Shown in pieces: positions 8,610-17,772 of a DNA stretch of 64,000 nt. Each line of letters starts with the position of its first letter. Within the stretch, counting starts at the first letter, position 1. The notes beneath the pieces are model-generated. The model was not told where the DNA came from. It did not search any database and saw only the letters and a program-made list of their open reading frames with translations. The stretch comes from an uncultured Gammaproteobacteria bacterium (GTDB lineage: Bacteria; Patescibacteriota; Patescibacteriia; Magasanikbacterales; UBA922): the NCBI GenBank assembly GCA_964519725.1, contig CAZFKS010000006.1:355-64354 (forward strand), given 5' to 3'. Made by a program: the position numbers and the translations under genes.

Positions 8610-10466
8610 TTACTGCACGCGCACGCCTTTTTCTTGCGCAAAATCATCAGAGTTTAAACTCGCATCTAAATTGTAATTGCCGCTAGAAATTATTTCATTA
8701 ATAAAATTATCATGCGCACTAGCGTGAATGTTGGTGAGTAACAATGGAATAGTGCCGCGTTGCGCTTCGGTTGGTGTAATTGCTAACTCAACATTTATTT
8801 GTGCGCTTTCGTGCGCTGGCAAATCATTGGTTTGCCAGGTTAATGTGCGTGTACTTGCATTGTAAATTGGTTCGCGGCCACGACTAACATTACTTTTACC
8901 AGTAAAGGTAACGCCAGGTGCAAGTGTAGCCGACATTGAAACTGTGTCAGTTTCGCTTGTGCCGTTTTGCAAAGTTAAGAGCGCCCAGTATTTTGTTTCT
9001 TTGCCAACTTTTGGTGGCAGTGGACCACGACCAAGTTGGTCACCTTCCAGCGAGTAGTAATGTGCATCTGGAATTAAACGCAAACTAGTGCCAATTGGTA
9101 AGCCTGGCGTGGTGTAAGATTTTTCAAACAAAACAGGGCTGGCTTTAGTGCGAGCGCTCGTACGAATTGGGACATTTAAATTTAAATCAGTTTGGCCAGT
9201 TGGGAAATTAATAATTGGAATGGTGACGGAAACAACTTTACTTTGGCCTGGTAATAAAGTGGCGAGTTCAGAAATTTCTTTACTTGTAATCATGAGTGCA
9301 TTATTTTTTATCGGGTAGGGGTTATTGGCGCGCAGAGCTATGGCATTAATATTGCTTGGTAAACTAATATTTAGGGCCACGTCATTTAAGGTAATATCAC
9401 CAGTGTTAGCAACGGTAATGTTTAAAGCACTGCTTTGGCCTGGAGCTAATTTAGTTTTTTCCCAGCTACTTGAAATAGTAATATCTGGGCGCACCACTTT
9501 GGCCCGCATGGTGGCTGGGGTTTGGGAAATGTCAGTACTATTAATTGTTACAATTGGAGTGAAATCTAACAATAATTCCTTGGTCTCGGCAGGTAGATTG
9601 GTGGTGATGGCGACTGAACTAGTGGCGCTTTGGCCAGCCGTTAGGGCGGGTAATTGCCAAGTGTTGTTTTTAATTTCACCAGTGCTTGGGTTTTTGAATT
9701 GAATGGTGGTATGGTCTGGTGTGGTGACGCGAATTTCCGCAGCTGGAGAATTAGTGCGGTAAATATTTTTGACCACGAGTTGGCTATCAAAAGTACCTTG
9801 ACTGTAAATAGTGTCTGGTGCGGTAATAGTGGCCGTCAAAACCGAACCACGAGTAATACCAAGTAAAGAGGCGCCGCGGACTTCGTAATTGGTGTGACTT
9901 GGTTGGTGATAAACCAGCTCGGCTGCAAATTTAGTGTCAGTATTTGGGGCAGCAAAAAAGCGGCCGGTTAATTTAACTTCAGCGCCAGTTTTTGGGCGGG
10001 CAGTTTTCAGGGTGACTGAACCAGTGCTGGTCACATACGTGCCAGATTCAACCTGGGTTAATAAAAATCCTGGCGGCAAATTAAAATGTAAAACCGGATC
10101 AATCAGGTCAACCTGACTATTGTTTTGGTAGGCTGCAATAAGGATAATATCTTCACCACTCAGCACCCGACCAGCCTGATCTGGGTTTGGTTCAGTGGCG
10201 GCTACCTCTAACTTTAGGTCAACTAATTTGGTAATAGTTGGGTCATAAAAATACCAAAACGTCGCCAGGCCACCAATTACAAATATGGAAGCCAATAAAA
10301 GCATGTCAAAAATAAAGAGCTTGCGCGCGTGGGAGAATTTTAAGTGATATTTTTGTTGATAGTGCCATTCTAGAAAATGAATCGGGGAAAGAAGAAAAGC
10401 TAAAAACCACCGGTGTGGTTTGTGTAATAAGTGGTGGCGCGTAAGATGTTCACTAACAAATTTCAT
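8610..10466 (-). CDS. membrane-anchored cell-surface protein, Thr/Ser/Asn-rich with CARDB/DUF11-like repeats
   Basis: The ATG at 10466 opens a short N-terminal cytoplasmic stretch and one TM helix (FIFDMLLLASIFVIGGLATFWYFY). The ~540-aa exterior has motifs like LAPGQSSALNITVANTGDITLNDVALNISLP. Confidence 0.6.
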   Translation of the reverse strand: MKFVSEHLTRHHLLHKPHRWFLAFLLSPIHFLEWHYQQKYHLKFSHARKLFIFDMLLLASIFVIGGLATFWYFYDPTITKLVDLKLEVAATEPNPDQAGRVLSGEDIILIAAYQNNSQVDLIDPVLHFNLPPGFLLTQVESGTYVTSTGSVTLKTARPKTGAEVKLTGRFFAAPNTDTKFAAELVYHQPSHTNYEVRGASLLGITRGSVLTATITAPDTIYSQGTFDSQLVVKNIYRTNSPAAEIRVTTPDHTTIQFKNPSTGEIKNNTWQLPALTAGQSATSSVAITTNLPAETKELLLDFTPIVTINSTDISQTPATMRAKVVRPDITISSSWEKTKLAPGQSSALNITVANTGDITLNDVALNISLPSNINAIALRANNPYPIKNNALMITSKEISELATLLPGQSKVVSVTIPIINFPTGQTDLNLNVPIRTSARTKASPVLFEKSYTTPGLPIGTSLRLIPDAHYYSLEGDQLGRGPLPPKVGKETKYWALLTLQNGTSETDTVSMSATLAPGVTFTGKSNVSRGREPIYNASTRTLTWQTNDLPAHESAQINVELAITPTEAQRGTIPLLLTNIHASAHDNFINEIISSGNYNLDASLNSDDFAQEKGVRVQ

Positions 10467-10521
10467 GCGCCCAGTATACCATTATTTTAGTGGAGAAAAA
10501 AATAATCCCGACACGTCGGGA

Positions 10522-10854
10522 TTATTCTGGTTTAATGAGTTTTGAACTAGGGGAGTAGAGAGTGTTATTGATTTTCCATTGATCCACATATTGTCCGATC
10601 CCTTTTTGGTTAGATTTGTTTCTAACCGTGGTTTTGCGCTGTGACCACTTAACTAAGCTTTCAAAGTTAATTTTATACCGGCCAGCCACGACCACGTAGG
10701 TAATCTCGTGGTCTTTGATGGCCCGGCGAATAGTTTGGGGGTTAACCCCAAACAGGCGAGCCGCCTCTGAGATAGAGACTCGAATCACTTCTTTACCTTG
10801 GGCTAAAGCACTCTGGTCATTTTGGTTTATTTCGTTTGGAAGGTTTTGTTCCAT
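10522..10854 (-). CDS. small helix-turn-helix DNA-binding protein (excisionase/HTH_17-like)
   Basis: ISEAARLFGVNPQTIRRAIKDHEITYVVVAGRYKINFESLVKW is a Xis/MerR-type wHTH. The ATG at 10854 is divergent from the sigma-factor gene. Confidence 0.6.
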   Translation of the reverse strand: MEQNLPNEINQNDQSALAQGKEVIRVSISEAARLFGVNPQTIRRAIKDHEITYVVVAGRYKINFESLVKWSQRKTTVRNKSNQKGIGQYVDQWKINNTLYSPSSKLIKPE

Positions 10855-10956
10855 ATGAAATTATTTTTTGTATAAACAAATATTAACAAATTTTAGGTTT
10901 TTTGTCAAGTTGGGGGTAAAAAGCAGGTTTCTAGCTAATTGGGAAAACATTCTATT

Positions 10957-10967
10957 TTTGTGTGCTA
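10957..10967 (+). promoter_or_regulatory. extended -10-like element (TGcTATGAT) oriented toward the ECF sigma gene
   Basis: gtgTGCTATGATg lies in the 375-bp intergenic region. No clean -35 at 17 bp. The coordinates are approximate (counted by hand from the line numbering). Confidence 0.3.
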
Positions 10968-11160
10968 TGATGTATACATTTATATTAAATAATAGTACAA
11001 TATTGTATACAAAACAATAAAACTAGCCCTCCTTGGATTAAGCCTAAGAAGCGGCCTAGCTCAGGTGGGGAGGTAGGCTCAGTAAACCCAACTTATCCTT
11101 ATATATGGCCTTATTTAAGTTGTTTTTTCTCCCTGGTTAGTGTATACTGTCCTTAATACA

Positions 11161-11210
11161 AAAAAGTGTGAAGTGAGGTTAAAGTGTTTCCTCAGGTGTA
11201 ACACTTTTTT
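11161..11210 (+). terminator. terminator/attenuator-like hairpin with T-run in the leader of the ECF sigma gene
   Basis: AAAGTGTT (11181-88) pairs with AACACTTT (11200-07), followed by TTTTTT. A second upstream copy AAAAAGTGT (11161-69) can pair with the same 3' arm, so two mutually exclusive structures are possible. Confidence 0.35.
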
Positions 11211-11229
11211 ATTCCCGCCGTCTTCTTAT

Positions 11230-11778
11230 ATGCCAGCGACCATAGCTGAAAAAAAACTGGTTTACCAGGTAATCAAAAATCGTGATCCACAGGCCTTTGC
11301 GGCTCTGTACGATTTGTACGTTGGTAAGATATACCGGTTTATCTTCTTTAAAGTTTCTAAAAAAGAAGACGCTGAAGATCTGACCAGTGATGTCTTTCTA
11401 AAGACCTGGCAGTATTTGGCAGAAAAAACTGACCGTGAAGTCAAAAGCTTTAGTGGTCTTATTTATCAAGTGGCACGCAATGTACTGGTTGATTGGTACC
11501 GACTCCGTGCGAGTCGTCCAGAAACCCCACTTGATCTGGCCCCTGAAATTAGTGTGGATGAAAAAGCCTTTGCAGCCCTTGATGTGAATCAGGCCGCCAG
11601 TGAAGTGCTCAAAGTTGTGCGCCAGTTAAAACAAGAGTACCAAGAAATTATTTTGCTCCGGTACATTGAAGAACTATCAATTAAAGAAATTAGCCATATT
11701 TTAAAAAAGTCACCAGTAAGCGTGCGAGTGACTTTGCACCGGGCCATTACGGTTTTAAAAAAAGCGCTTCATTTATGA
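11230..11778 (+). CDS. ECF (sigma-70 family, group 4) RNA polymerase sigma factor
   Basis: From the ATG at 11230: region 2 LTSDVFLKTWQY and region 4 ILLRYIEELSIKEISHILKKSPVSVRVTLHRAITVLKKAL. The 11140 start would place the hairpin inside the CDS. Confidence 0.8.
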   Translation: MPATIAEKKLVYQVIKNRDPQAFAALYDLYVGKIYRFIFFKVSKKEDAEDLTSDVFLKTWQYLAEKTDREVKSFSGLIYQVARNVLVDWYRLRASRPETPLDLAPEISVDEKAFAALDVNQAASEVLKVVRQLKQEYQEIILLRYIEELSIKEISHILKKSPVSVRVTLHRAITVLKKALHL

Positions 11779-13007
11779 ACGAGCTCAAGCACAATTTACG
11801 CGCTGTAAAGACCTTAGCTGAAGTTAACCCTGATGCTGAGTGGGTTAAGGCTGGCCGCAGTCGCTTGCTCTCTCAAATTAGTAATACGGTTATTCCAGTT
11901 GATAAGCCAGTTGTGGTAGATACTGCTCATGCCTTTTGGTTCCAATTTCAATCTAGTGCGGTCGTACGCACCTTACGCCCAGCTTTGACTGCGCTTGGGG
12001 TAGCGGCCCTGGCCACTGGTGGTTGGATTGCAAGTGTAAGTGCTTCAGTAAATAGTTTGCCTGGCGACCGGTTGTGGGTAGTTAAGCGCGCGGCGCAAAA
12101 CACTGAACTCGCGGTCCGAAGTTTGGGTGCTAGTGACTCAGAAAAAGTGCAATTACAATTAAATTTAGCGAAAAATCGGGCTGATGATATTAAAAAAGCC
12201 TTTAGTAAAAAATTAACCCCAGAAGCCAGTGCGACTGATCGGGAAAAAGCCGTAAAAGATCTGGCTGTTGCTGTAAAAGACGTACAAAATGTAGTTAAAG
12301 AAGTTTCAAGTAGTGTAAGTGATCAAGTTAAAGAAAATGGTAAAGATAAGCCGCTTGAGTCAGTGGAAACAGTTAAAGGTGTGGCCAAGGACACGACTGA
12401 AATTGCCAAGAGCTTGGCTTCAACCGTGGCCTCTTCAACTGCTGTGGGAGTTGATGTGACTAAACAAGTTTTGGAAACTGTTAAGGTGGTAAATCAAACT
12501 GGAATTAGCGCTGTTGAGGCCGTGATTCAGGGTCCGGCTGGCCTGGCTGAAACTGGCCAAGCTAATAATGTTAAGAATATTGTTTCCGAAAAAGTAGTTG
12601 ATCTGGTACAATCTACCGAAGCTTTAAAAATTGATCTCAGAAATTCGCTCGGAATTTCTGCACCAAGTACCACCGTTGAAACTAAACCGCTCATGCTTAC
12701 TGTACCAACAGCAACCGGAACAGTCGTCGTTACTTTGCCGCTGAACACTAGAACTAATTTGTTTGACAAAATGTTGCTAAATAGTCCAAGTAGTTCAGCT
12801 AGTATTATTAAAGACGCTGAACAAAAAACCGCTGATATTCACCAATCAGCCGTAGACATTAAAAAGAGTATTGATAATGGTAATTTGCAAGAAGCCGTGA
12901 ATAAGTTGAGAGATCTGAATGAAACAGCCGTGACCACGCAACAACAATTAATTGAAACAAAAACCAAAACCGTGGTTGAGGATAAAACTCCTGAACCAAT
13001 CAAATAA
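11775..13007 (+). CDS. putative membrane-anchored anti-sigma factor / DUF5667-like protein
   Basis: ATGA overlap with the sigma gene. ~75-aa N-terminus, one TM helix (LTALGVAALATGGWIASV), then a long K/E/A/V-rich helical extracytoplasmic region. Confidence 0.5.
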   Translation: MNELKHNLRAVKTLAEVNPDAEWVKAGRSRLLSQISNTVIPVDKPVVVDTAHAFWFQFQSSAVVRTLRPALTALGVAALATGGWIASVSASVNSLPGDRLWVVKRAAQNTELAVRSLGASDSEKVQLQLNLAKNRADDIKKAFSKKLTPEASATDREKAVKDLAVAVKDVQNVVKEVSSSVSDQVKENGKDKPLESVETVKGVAKDTTEIAKSLASTVASSTAVGVDVTKQVLETVKVVNQTGISAVEAVIQGPAGLAETGQANNVKNIVSEKVVDLVQSTEALKIDLRNSLGISAPSTTVETKPLMLTVPTATGTVVVTLPLNTRTNLFDKMLLNSPSSSASIIKDAEQKTADIHQSAVDIKKSIDNGNLQEAVNKLRDLNETAVTTQQQLIETKTKTVVEDKTPEPIK

Positions 13008-13196
13008 AGTTACACTCCGCTTACTGTCTGAGCCTCGCTAGATTTAGAAAAATCTGTCGAGGGCCATACAGTATGCGGCATCCGTAGGCAGAAAGGTCGA
13101 CCCGGTGAGGGCGCCATGCGGTTTTATTTACATGGATGTATTTGTAGACCCGTCCAATGGACGAGGCGCTACCAAATAGGTCCGAAAGATTAAATT
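13008..13196 (+). promoter_or_regulatory. GC-rich structured 5' leader of the S-layer-like gene
   Basis: Nested inverted repeat CCTCGctAGATTTagaaAAATCTgtCGAGG, palindromic GGTCGACC, and CGTCC-aat-GGACG. GC-rich in an AT-rich background. Confidence 0.3.
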
Positions 13197-16100
13197 ATGC
13201 AAAACTTGAAGAAATTCGGTAAGAAGCTCTTCACCATGTCAGTGGTTAGCATGACAGTTGCTTGGAGTGTAGGCCTTTCAGCCTTTGTTCCAGCTGCTGC
13301 TGTTGCCGCTGTATGTCCTGAGCTCGAAGCCGGAGACCTTTTCAAAGTTTCAGGTAACTCTGCCGTTTATTTGGTAAGTCCTGAAATGAAGCGTATGTAT
13401 TTCCCAAATGCGGAAGTATATAACTCTTGGTATAAAGATTTCAGTGGTATTACTACCATTGATTCATCATGTGTTGACGCTTACCCATCAGGTGGTGGTG
13501 TAAACTTCCGCCCAGGTTCATTCCTTGTTAAATCTGCTGTTTCTCCATCAGTATTTGCTGTTGGTCCAAACAACATGAAACACAAACTTGGTAGTGAAGC
13601 TGTAGCTTCTGCCCTCTATGGTTCAAACTGGGGCAAGCTCGTTCGCGTTCTCCCAGATGTATTTGACTCAAACTACAATGTTGGTGCTGAGCTTACAACA
13701 GCTATGCTCCACAATGGTCAGTTAGTTAAAAAGTCTGGTGATTCAACCGTTTACTTTGTAATGGATGGCAAGACTGTTAAAGTCGAAGGCTCACTCCCAT
13801 CACAAGTAGCTGGTGATGTTCGCACTGTATCAGAAGCAGTATTTAGTTCAGTTTCAATGGACTCAAACACTGTGACTGGTTCATCTGTAGTATCTAACCC
13901 TTCACAAAAGGGTGGTAGTATTGTTGTTCCTCCAGTAGGAAACGGCAAACTTAAGGTCAGTTTGGCAGCTAACACTCCAGCTGGTACTTATGCTTTGAAA
14001 AATGCTGCTCGTGTTCCATTCACTCGCGTAGTGGTTGAAAACACTGGTGCTACTGACGTTACTATTGATTCATTCAAAGTTGTTCGCGGTGGTTCACCAG
14101 CGCTCAACAGTGATTTTTCAACTGTTAACGTTGTAACCGAAGATGGCAGTCTCTTGAATGACACTGGTAAATCACTCAACTCAGACAACATGGCTACCTT
14201 TACGGAAGACGTGGTTGTTAAGGCTGGTTCTTCACGAACTTTGACCTTGGTTGGTGATATGGCCAACTTCTCATCAGGTGGTGCTGTTCCAACTCTTGGT
14301 CTTTACTCAGTAGAAGCTAATGCGACTGTAGATGGTTCATTACCAGTATATGGTAACCCTGTAACTACTAACGCTTCAGTAACTTTGAGTACTGCTACTG
14401 TTGCCGAAGGTTCAACTATTGGTACTGTTACCAAACAAGTTGGTTCAGCCAATGTTAACCTTGCCAACGTAAAAGTAACCGCTGGCACAGAAGACATGAA
14501 AGTAGAACGCATTGTTCTTAACAACAGTGGTTCACTTGCTGACACTGATGCTGAAAAATTTGTCTTGAAGTACAATGGTAACACTGTTGCCAATGGTACT
14601 CTTAAGAACAAATATCTTACTTTTGATCTCATGAACTGTGGTGATCTCTGTAAGATTGAAAAAGGTAACGACAAAACTTTTGAAGTTTACGGTGATTTGA
14701 CCTCTGGTTCAGGTCGCAGTATCAATCTTGATGTACAACGTGCTACTCACGTACTCGTTAAAGACCTCAAGAACAACTTCTACGTTACCCCAACTAACAA
14801 TGCCTCTTCAATGAGTAACACTGTTAGTGTTTCACAAGGTAAAATTGATGTTTCTAAGACCAATGATGTACAAGCTGGTAACATTCCAGAAAATGCTAGT
14901 GGTACAAAACTTGGTTCATGGAACTTCAAGGTAACCGGTGAACCTATCGACGTTCGCACTTTGGTGTTCAAGATTACCACTACTGGTAGTCTCTCACCTG
15001 ACGATGTTGACAGTCTCACTTTGTACAACAAAGATGGTAAAGCATTGATCGGTGCTGTAGACGGTGTTGGTTCAAGTGCAGCCTCAAACGGCTACGCTAC
15101 CAGTACTGATTCATTCACCCTTCAACCTGGTGATAACGTTCTTACTGTTAAAGGTAAGATCGACAGTTCAGCTACTGCTAACGACACTGTAGCAATCTCA
15201 GTTGACATGAGTAACTCAAGCAACTTTGATGCTCGTGGTGTAAACAGTAATGAAACTATCACTGTTGGTACTTACGCTACTCCAGCTTCTGTAGTAGCTG
15301 CCAACACTTTGACAATCAAAGGTTCAGCTCTTCGCGTAACTACTTTGTCTACTCCTCCTGCAACTACGTTTGCCGCTGGTACTAACGATGTAGTATTTGC
15401 TAAAGTGCTCCTTGATGCTTCTGATTCTTCAGAAGATGTTAAAGTAACCCAATTCAAAGTAACTGACGTAACTAACACTACTGCTAAAGCTATTGATGTT
15501 CAAAACATTCGTTTGTTTGTGGACAAAGATGGTGACAGCTTCAATGGTGCTGGTACTGCTACTGCTTTGACTGAAACTGTAAGTGGCTCAGACTCAACTG
15601 CTGGTAATGACGAAGTCTTTACCTTCAATTTTAGTGGCTCAGATCAATTTGTGATCAAAGCCGGTAAAAAAGTTGAAGTTACTGTAAAAGCCAACTTAGC
15701 TGGTTCAGCTGCTGCTGGTAGTCACACTCTTGGTGTGGCCACTGCTGACTATGTTTCTGCTACTGGCGTTACCACTGGTAACACTGTTGTTGAAACTATT
15801 GACTCAGCCGCTGGTCAAGCCATGTCTGTTGGTACTGCTGGTGGTACAGTTGAAGTTTCTCTTGATCCTTCAACTCAAGCCGCTAAGCAATATGCTGCTG
15901 GTACTAAAGGCGTAAGTCTTGCTACCTTCCGCTTTACTGTAACCTCAAGTGAAGATGTATCTCTTGATACTTTGAACTTGACTCAATTGGTTACTGATAC
16001 AGCTAGTACCTCATTCAAGGATTACGACATGGTGTACCTTTACACCACTGGTGGTACCTTGGTAGGTTCAGCTGTTCCAACCTCTTCTGGTAGTGTATTT

Positions 16101-16970
16101 ATTGACTTAGCTGACAACACCTTTGTAGCTAAAGCCAGTGATACAAATGGTACTTCATTGGTAGTTAAAGCTGACTTGTCCAGTATTGGTCCAAGTCAAA
16201 ACGTAACTACTGGTGGCCATGCTATCGGTTACAAGATTAACTCTGCAGGCCAAGCTAAAGCTAAGGGTGCCTTGACTGGTTCAGCTTCAGTTGTTTACTT
16301 CAACTCAAGCGCTCCAACTGGTAACACTCACTACATGTTCAAAGCTGTACCTACTGTACAAGTATGTACTGGTACTGTTGATGATTCAAACAACTGTTTG
16401 AAAGCTGGTGGTTCAAGTCCTGTACTTACCAACGGTTCAAACGACCTTATCCGTTTCCGCGTGACCGCTAATACCGGTGATGTTGGTCTCTATAAGTTCA
16501 CCTTTGACATCACAACAACTACAGCTACTGTTACTACTGTTGAACTCTTTGATACTACAGAATCAAATGAAGTATCATTGTACTCAGCAACTATGACTGC
16601 TTCAGTTCCTTATGTTGAAGCTCTCTTTGACACTGACAGTAGTGGTGTAGGCTCAGGTGGTGAAGAACGCACTGTTTCAGCTGGCACAAGTCGCTACTTC
16701 GTACTCCGTGGTACTGCGACCGGTGTTACTACTGGTGCTTCAGTTTCAACCCGCCTTGGTGGTGACTCTGCTAACTCTGCCGGTATTTCAAGTGCTCGCG
16801 TGATGGACCCAGCATCAACTGTTGATGCTACTGCTAACATCCACGATGACTTCATCTGGTCAGATCGCAGTGCTGGTTCTCACTCAACTTCAACCAATGA
16901 CTGGACAAACGGTTACTTGGTAAGTGGTTTGAACTCAGCCTCATCATCTCCAGTTGTACTTGCGAAATAA
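13197..16970 (+). CDS. large secreted S/T/G/V-rich surface (S-layer-like) protein, 1257 aa
   Basis: Signal peptide MQNLKKFGKKLFTMSVVSMTVAWSVGLSAFVPAAAVAA. Beta-rich repetitive Thr/Ser composition throughout. The strong terminator right after it suggests high expression. Confidence 0.7.
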   Translation: MQNLKKFGKKLFTMSVVSMTVAWSVGLSAFVPAAAVAAVCPELEAGDLFKVSGNSAVYLVSPEMKRMYFPNAEVYNSWYKDFSGITTIDSSCVDAYPSGGGVNFRPGSFLVKSAVSPSVFAVGPNNMKHKLGSEAVASALYGSNWGKLVRVLPDVFDSNYNVGAELTTAMLHNGQLVKKSGDSTVYFVMDGKTVKVEGSLPSQVAGDVRTVSEAVFSSVSMDSNTVTGSSVVSNPSQKGGSIVVPPVGNGKLKVSLAANTPAGTYALKNAARVPFTRVVVENTGATDVTIDSFKVVRGGSPALNSDFSTVNVVTEDGSLLNDTGKSLNSDNMATFTEDVVVKAGSSRTLTLVGDMANFSSGGAVPTLGLYSVEANATVDGSLPVYGNPVTTNASVTLSTATVAEGSTIGTVTKQVGSANVNLANVKVTAGTEDMKVERIVLNNSGSLADTDAEKFVLKYNGNTVANGTLKNKYLTFDLMNCGDLCKIEKGNDKTFEVYGDLTSGSGRSINLDVQRATHVLVKDLKNNFYVTPTNNASSMSNTVSVSQGKIDVSKTNDVQAGNIPENASGTKLGSWNFKVTGEPIDVRTLVFKITTTGSLSPDDVDSLTLYNKDGKALIGAVDGVGSSAASNGYATSTDSFTLQPGDNVLTVKGKIDSSATANDTVAISVDMSNSSNFDARGVNSNETITVGTYATPASVVAANTLTIKGSALRVTTLSTPPATTFAAGTNDVVFAKVLLDASDSSEDVKVTQFKVTDVTNTTAKAIDVQNIRLFVDKDGDSFNGAGTATALTETVSGSDSTAGNDEVFTFNFSGSDQFVIKAGKKVEVTVKANLAGSAAAGSHTLGVATADYVSATGVTTGNTVVETIDSAAGQAMSVGTAGGTVEVSLDPSTQAAKQYAAGTKGVSLATFRFTVTSSEDVSLDTLNLTQLVTDTASTSFKDYDMVYLYTTGGTLVGSAVPTSSGSVFIDLADNTFVAKASDTNGTSLVVKADLSSIGPSQNVTTGGHAIGYKINSAGQAKAKGALTGSASVVYFNSSAPTGNTHYMFKAVPTVQVCTGTVDDSNNCLKAGGSSPVLTNGSNDLIRFRVTANTGDVGLYKFTFDITTTTATVTTVELFDTTESNEVSLYSATMTASVPYVEALFDTDSSGVGSGGEERTVSAGTSRYFVLRGTATGVTTGASVSTRLGGDSANSAGISSARVMDPASTVDATANIHDDFIWSDRSAGSHSTSTNDWTNGYLVSGLNSASSSPVVLAK

Positions 16971-16995
16971 TCTTCGCTTGACAGCTTAGGACAGA

Positions 16996-17027
16996 AAGCC
17001 TCCCGCCTCGGCGGGGGGCTTTTTTGT
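16996..17027 (+). terminator. Rho-independent terminator
   Basis: AAAGCCTCCCGCC-tcgg-GGCGGGGGGCTTTTTTG is a GC-rich 12-bp stem followed by a T-run. Confidence 0.8.
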
Positions 17028-17028
17028 C

Positions 17029-17057
17029 TTGAAAAAATATCAAAAGAGGGTATAATA
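17029..17057 (+). promoter_or_regulatory. sigma-70-type promoter (TTGAAA-N17-TATAAT)
   Basis: TTGAAA at 17029-34, TATAAT/ATAATA at 17051-57, about 20 nt upstream of the 17079 ATG. Confidence 0.5.
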
Positions 17058-17078
17058 ATTAGCATATATCCCTTTAAT

Positions 17079-17768
17079 ATGAATAAAAATTTGAAAATCG
17101 GTTTGGTCGGTTTGGTCGTAGTTGGTCTATTGGGTGGTGGGTACTGGTGGTACCAAAAAACCTACCAAGACGCCACCAAGCTTAATAACCAGGCTCTGCT
17201 CAAAGACCCATTTGCTGGTCTCACGGTTCCCGCTGATAAGGATGCTGCCACTAAAGCTATTTTGGAAGAAAAATTAGCTGAGACCAAAACCATGTACCAA
17301 AAACTACCAAATATTTGGGAAACTTGGGTGGCAATTGGTAATATCCATGCTTTGCTTGGTGATTCAGAAGGGGCACTGCTCGCTTACCAGCAATCAGTGA
17401 CGCTACAGTCTAACAATATTGTGGCTGAACGAAACATTGCTGATCTATACGCAAATACTTTTCATGATTATGAAAAGGCTGCCGCTCATTACCGGGCGGC
17501 AATTAGAAATGAAGTCAATAACGCTGAACTGTACAGTAATTTAGTAAAAATTGAATGGCAAAAATTAAATAATCCGACTTTGGCTGAGTCTGATTTAGAA
17601 GAGGGTTTAAATCGAACCAGACATAATACTGATTTACTTTATGTAGCCGTAGATTTTTACACCGCGATTGGTAAACCAGATAAAGCGGCTGCATATGCGG
17701 CTGAAATTAAAGCCAAAAAACCAAGTTCTGAACCAGAGGGCGCAGTGTTAGGTATCCCAGGTCGTTAA
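17079..17768 (+). CDS. TPR-repeat protein with N-terminal membrane anchor
   Basis: N-terminal helix IGLVGLVVVGLLGGGYWWY, then TPR-like repeats (WVAIGNIHALLGD..EGALLAYQQSV..; YEKAAAHYRAAI..). Confidence 0.6.
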   Translation: MNKNLKIGLVGLVVVGLLGGGYWWYQKTYQDATKLNNQALLKDPFAGLTVPADKDAATKAILEEKLAETKTMYQKLPNIWETWVAIGNIHALLGDSEGALLAYQQSVTLQSNNIVAERNIADLYANTFHDYEKAAAHYRAAIRNEVNNAELYSNLVKIEWQKLNNPTLAESDLEEGLNRTRHNTDLLYVAVDFYTAIGKPDKAAAYAAEIKAKKPSSEPEGAVLGIPGR

Positions 17769-17772
17769 TTGT

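Noticed and set aside
8033-10854. An integrated mobile element bounded by the tRNA-like gene, with the HTH_17/Xis-like gene as excisionase
   Set aside because: There is no integrase, no recognisable direct repeat of the tRNA 3' end within the window, and the intervening gene is an ordinary surface protein. The evidence is too weak, and it is kept only as a low-interest note.
11140-11229. Upstream in-frame start (11140) for the ECF sigma gene
   Set aside because: It would add 30 residues (MYTVLNTKKCEVRLKCFLRCNTFLFPPSSY) with no sigma-70 similarity and would place the hairpin and T-run inside the CDS. The ATG at 11230 is preferred.
13751-16000. Antisense ORFs inside the S-layer-like gene (13751..13975-, 13988..14266-, 14303..14674-, 14780..15031-, 15272..15478-, 15730..15915+)
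   Set aside because: These are short low-complexity translations within a long, well-supported sense ORF. No independent signals.
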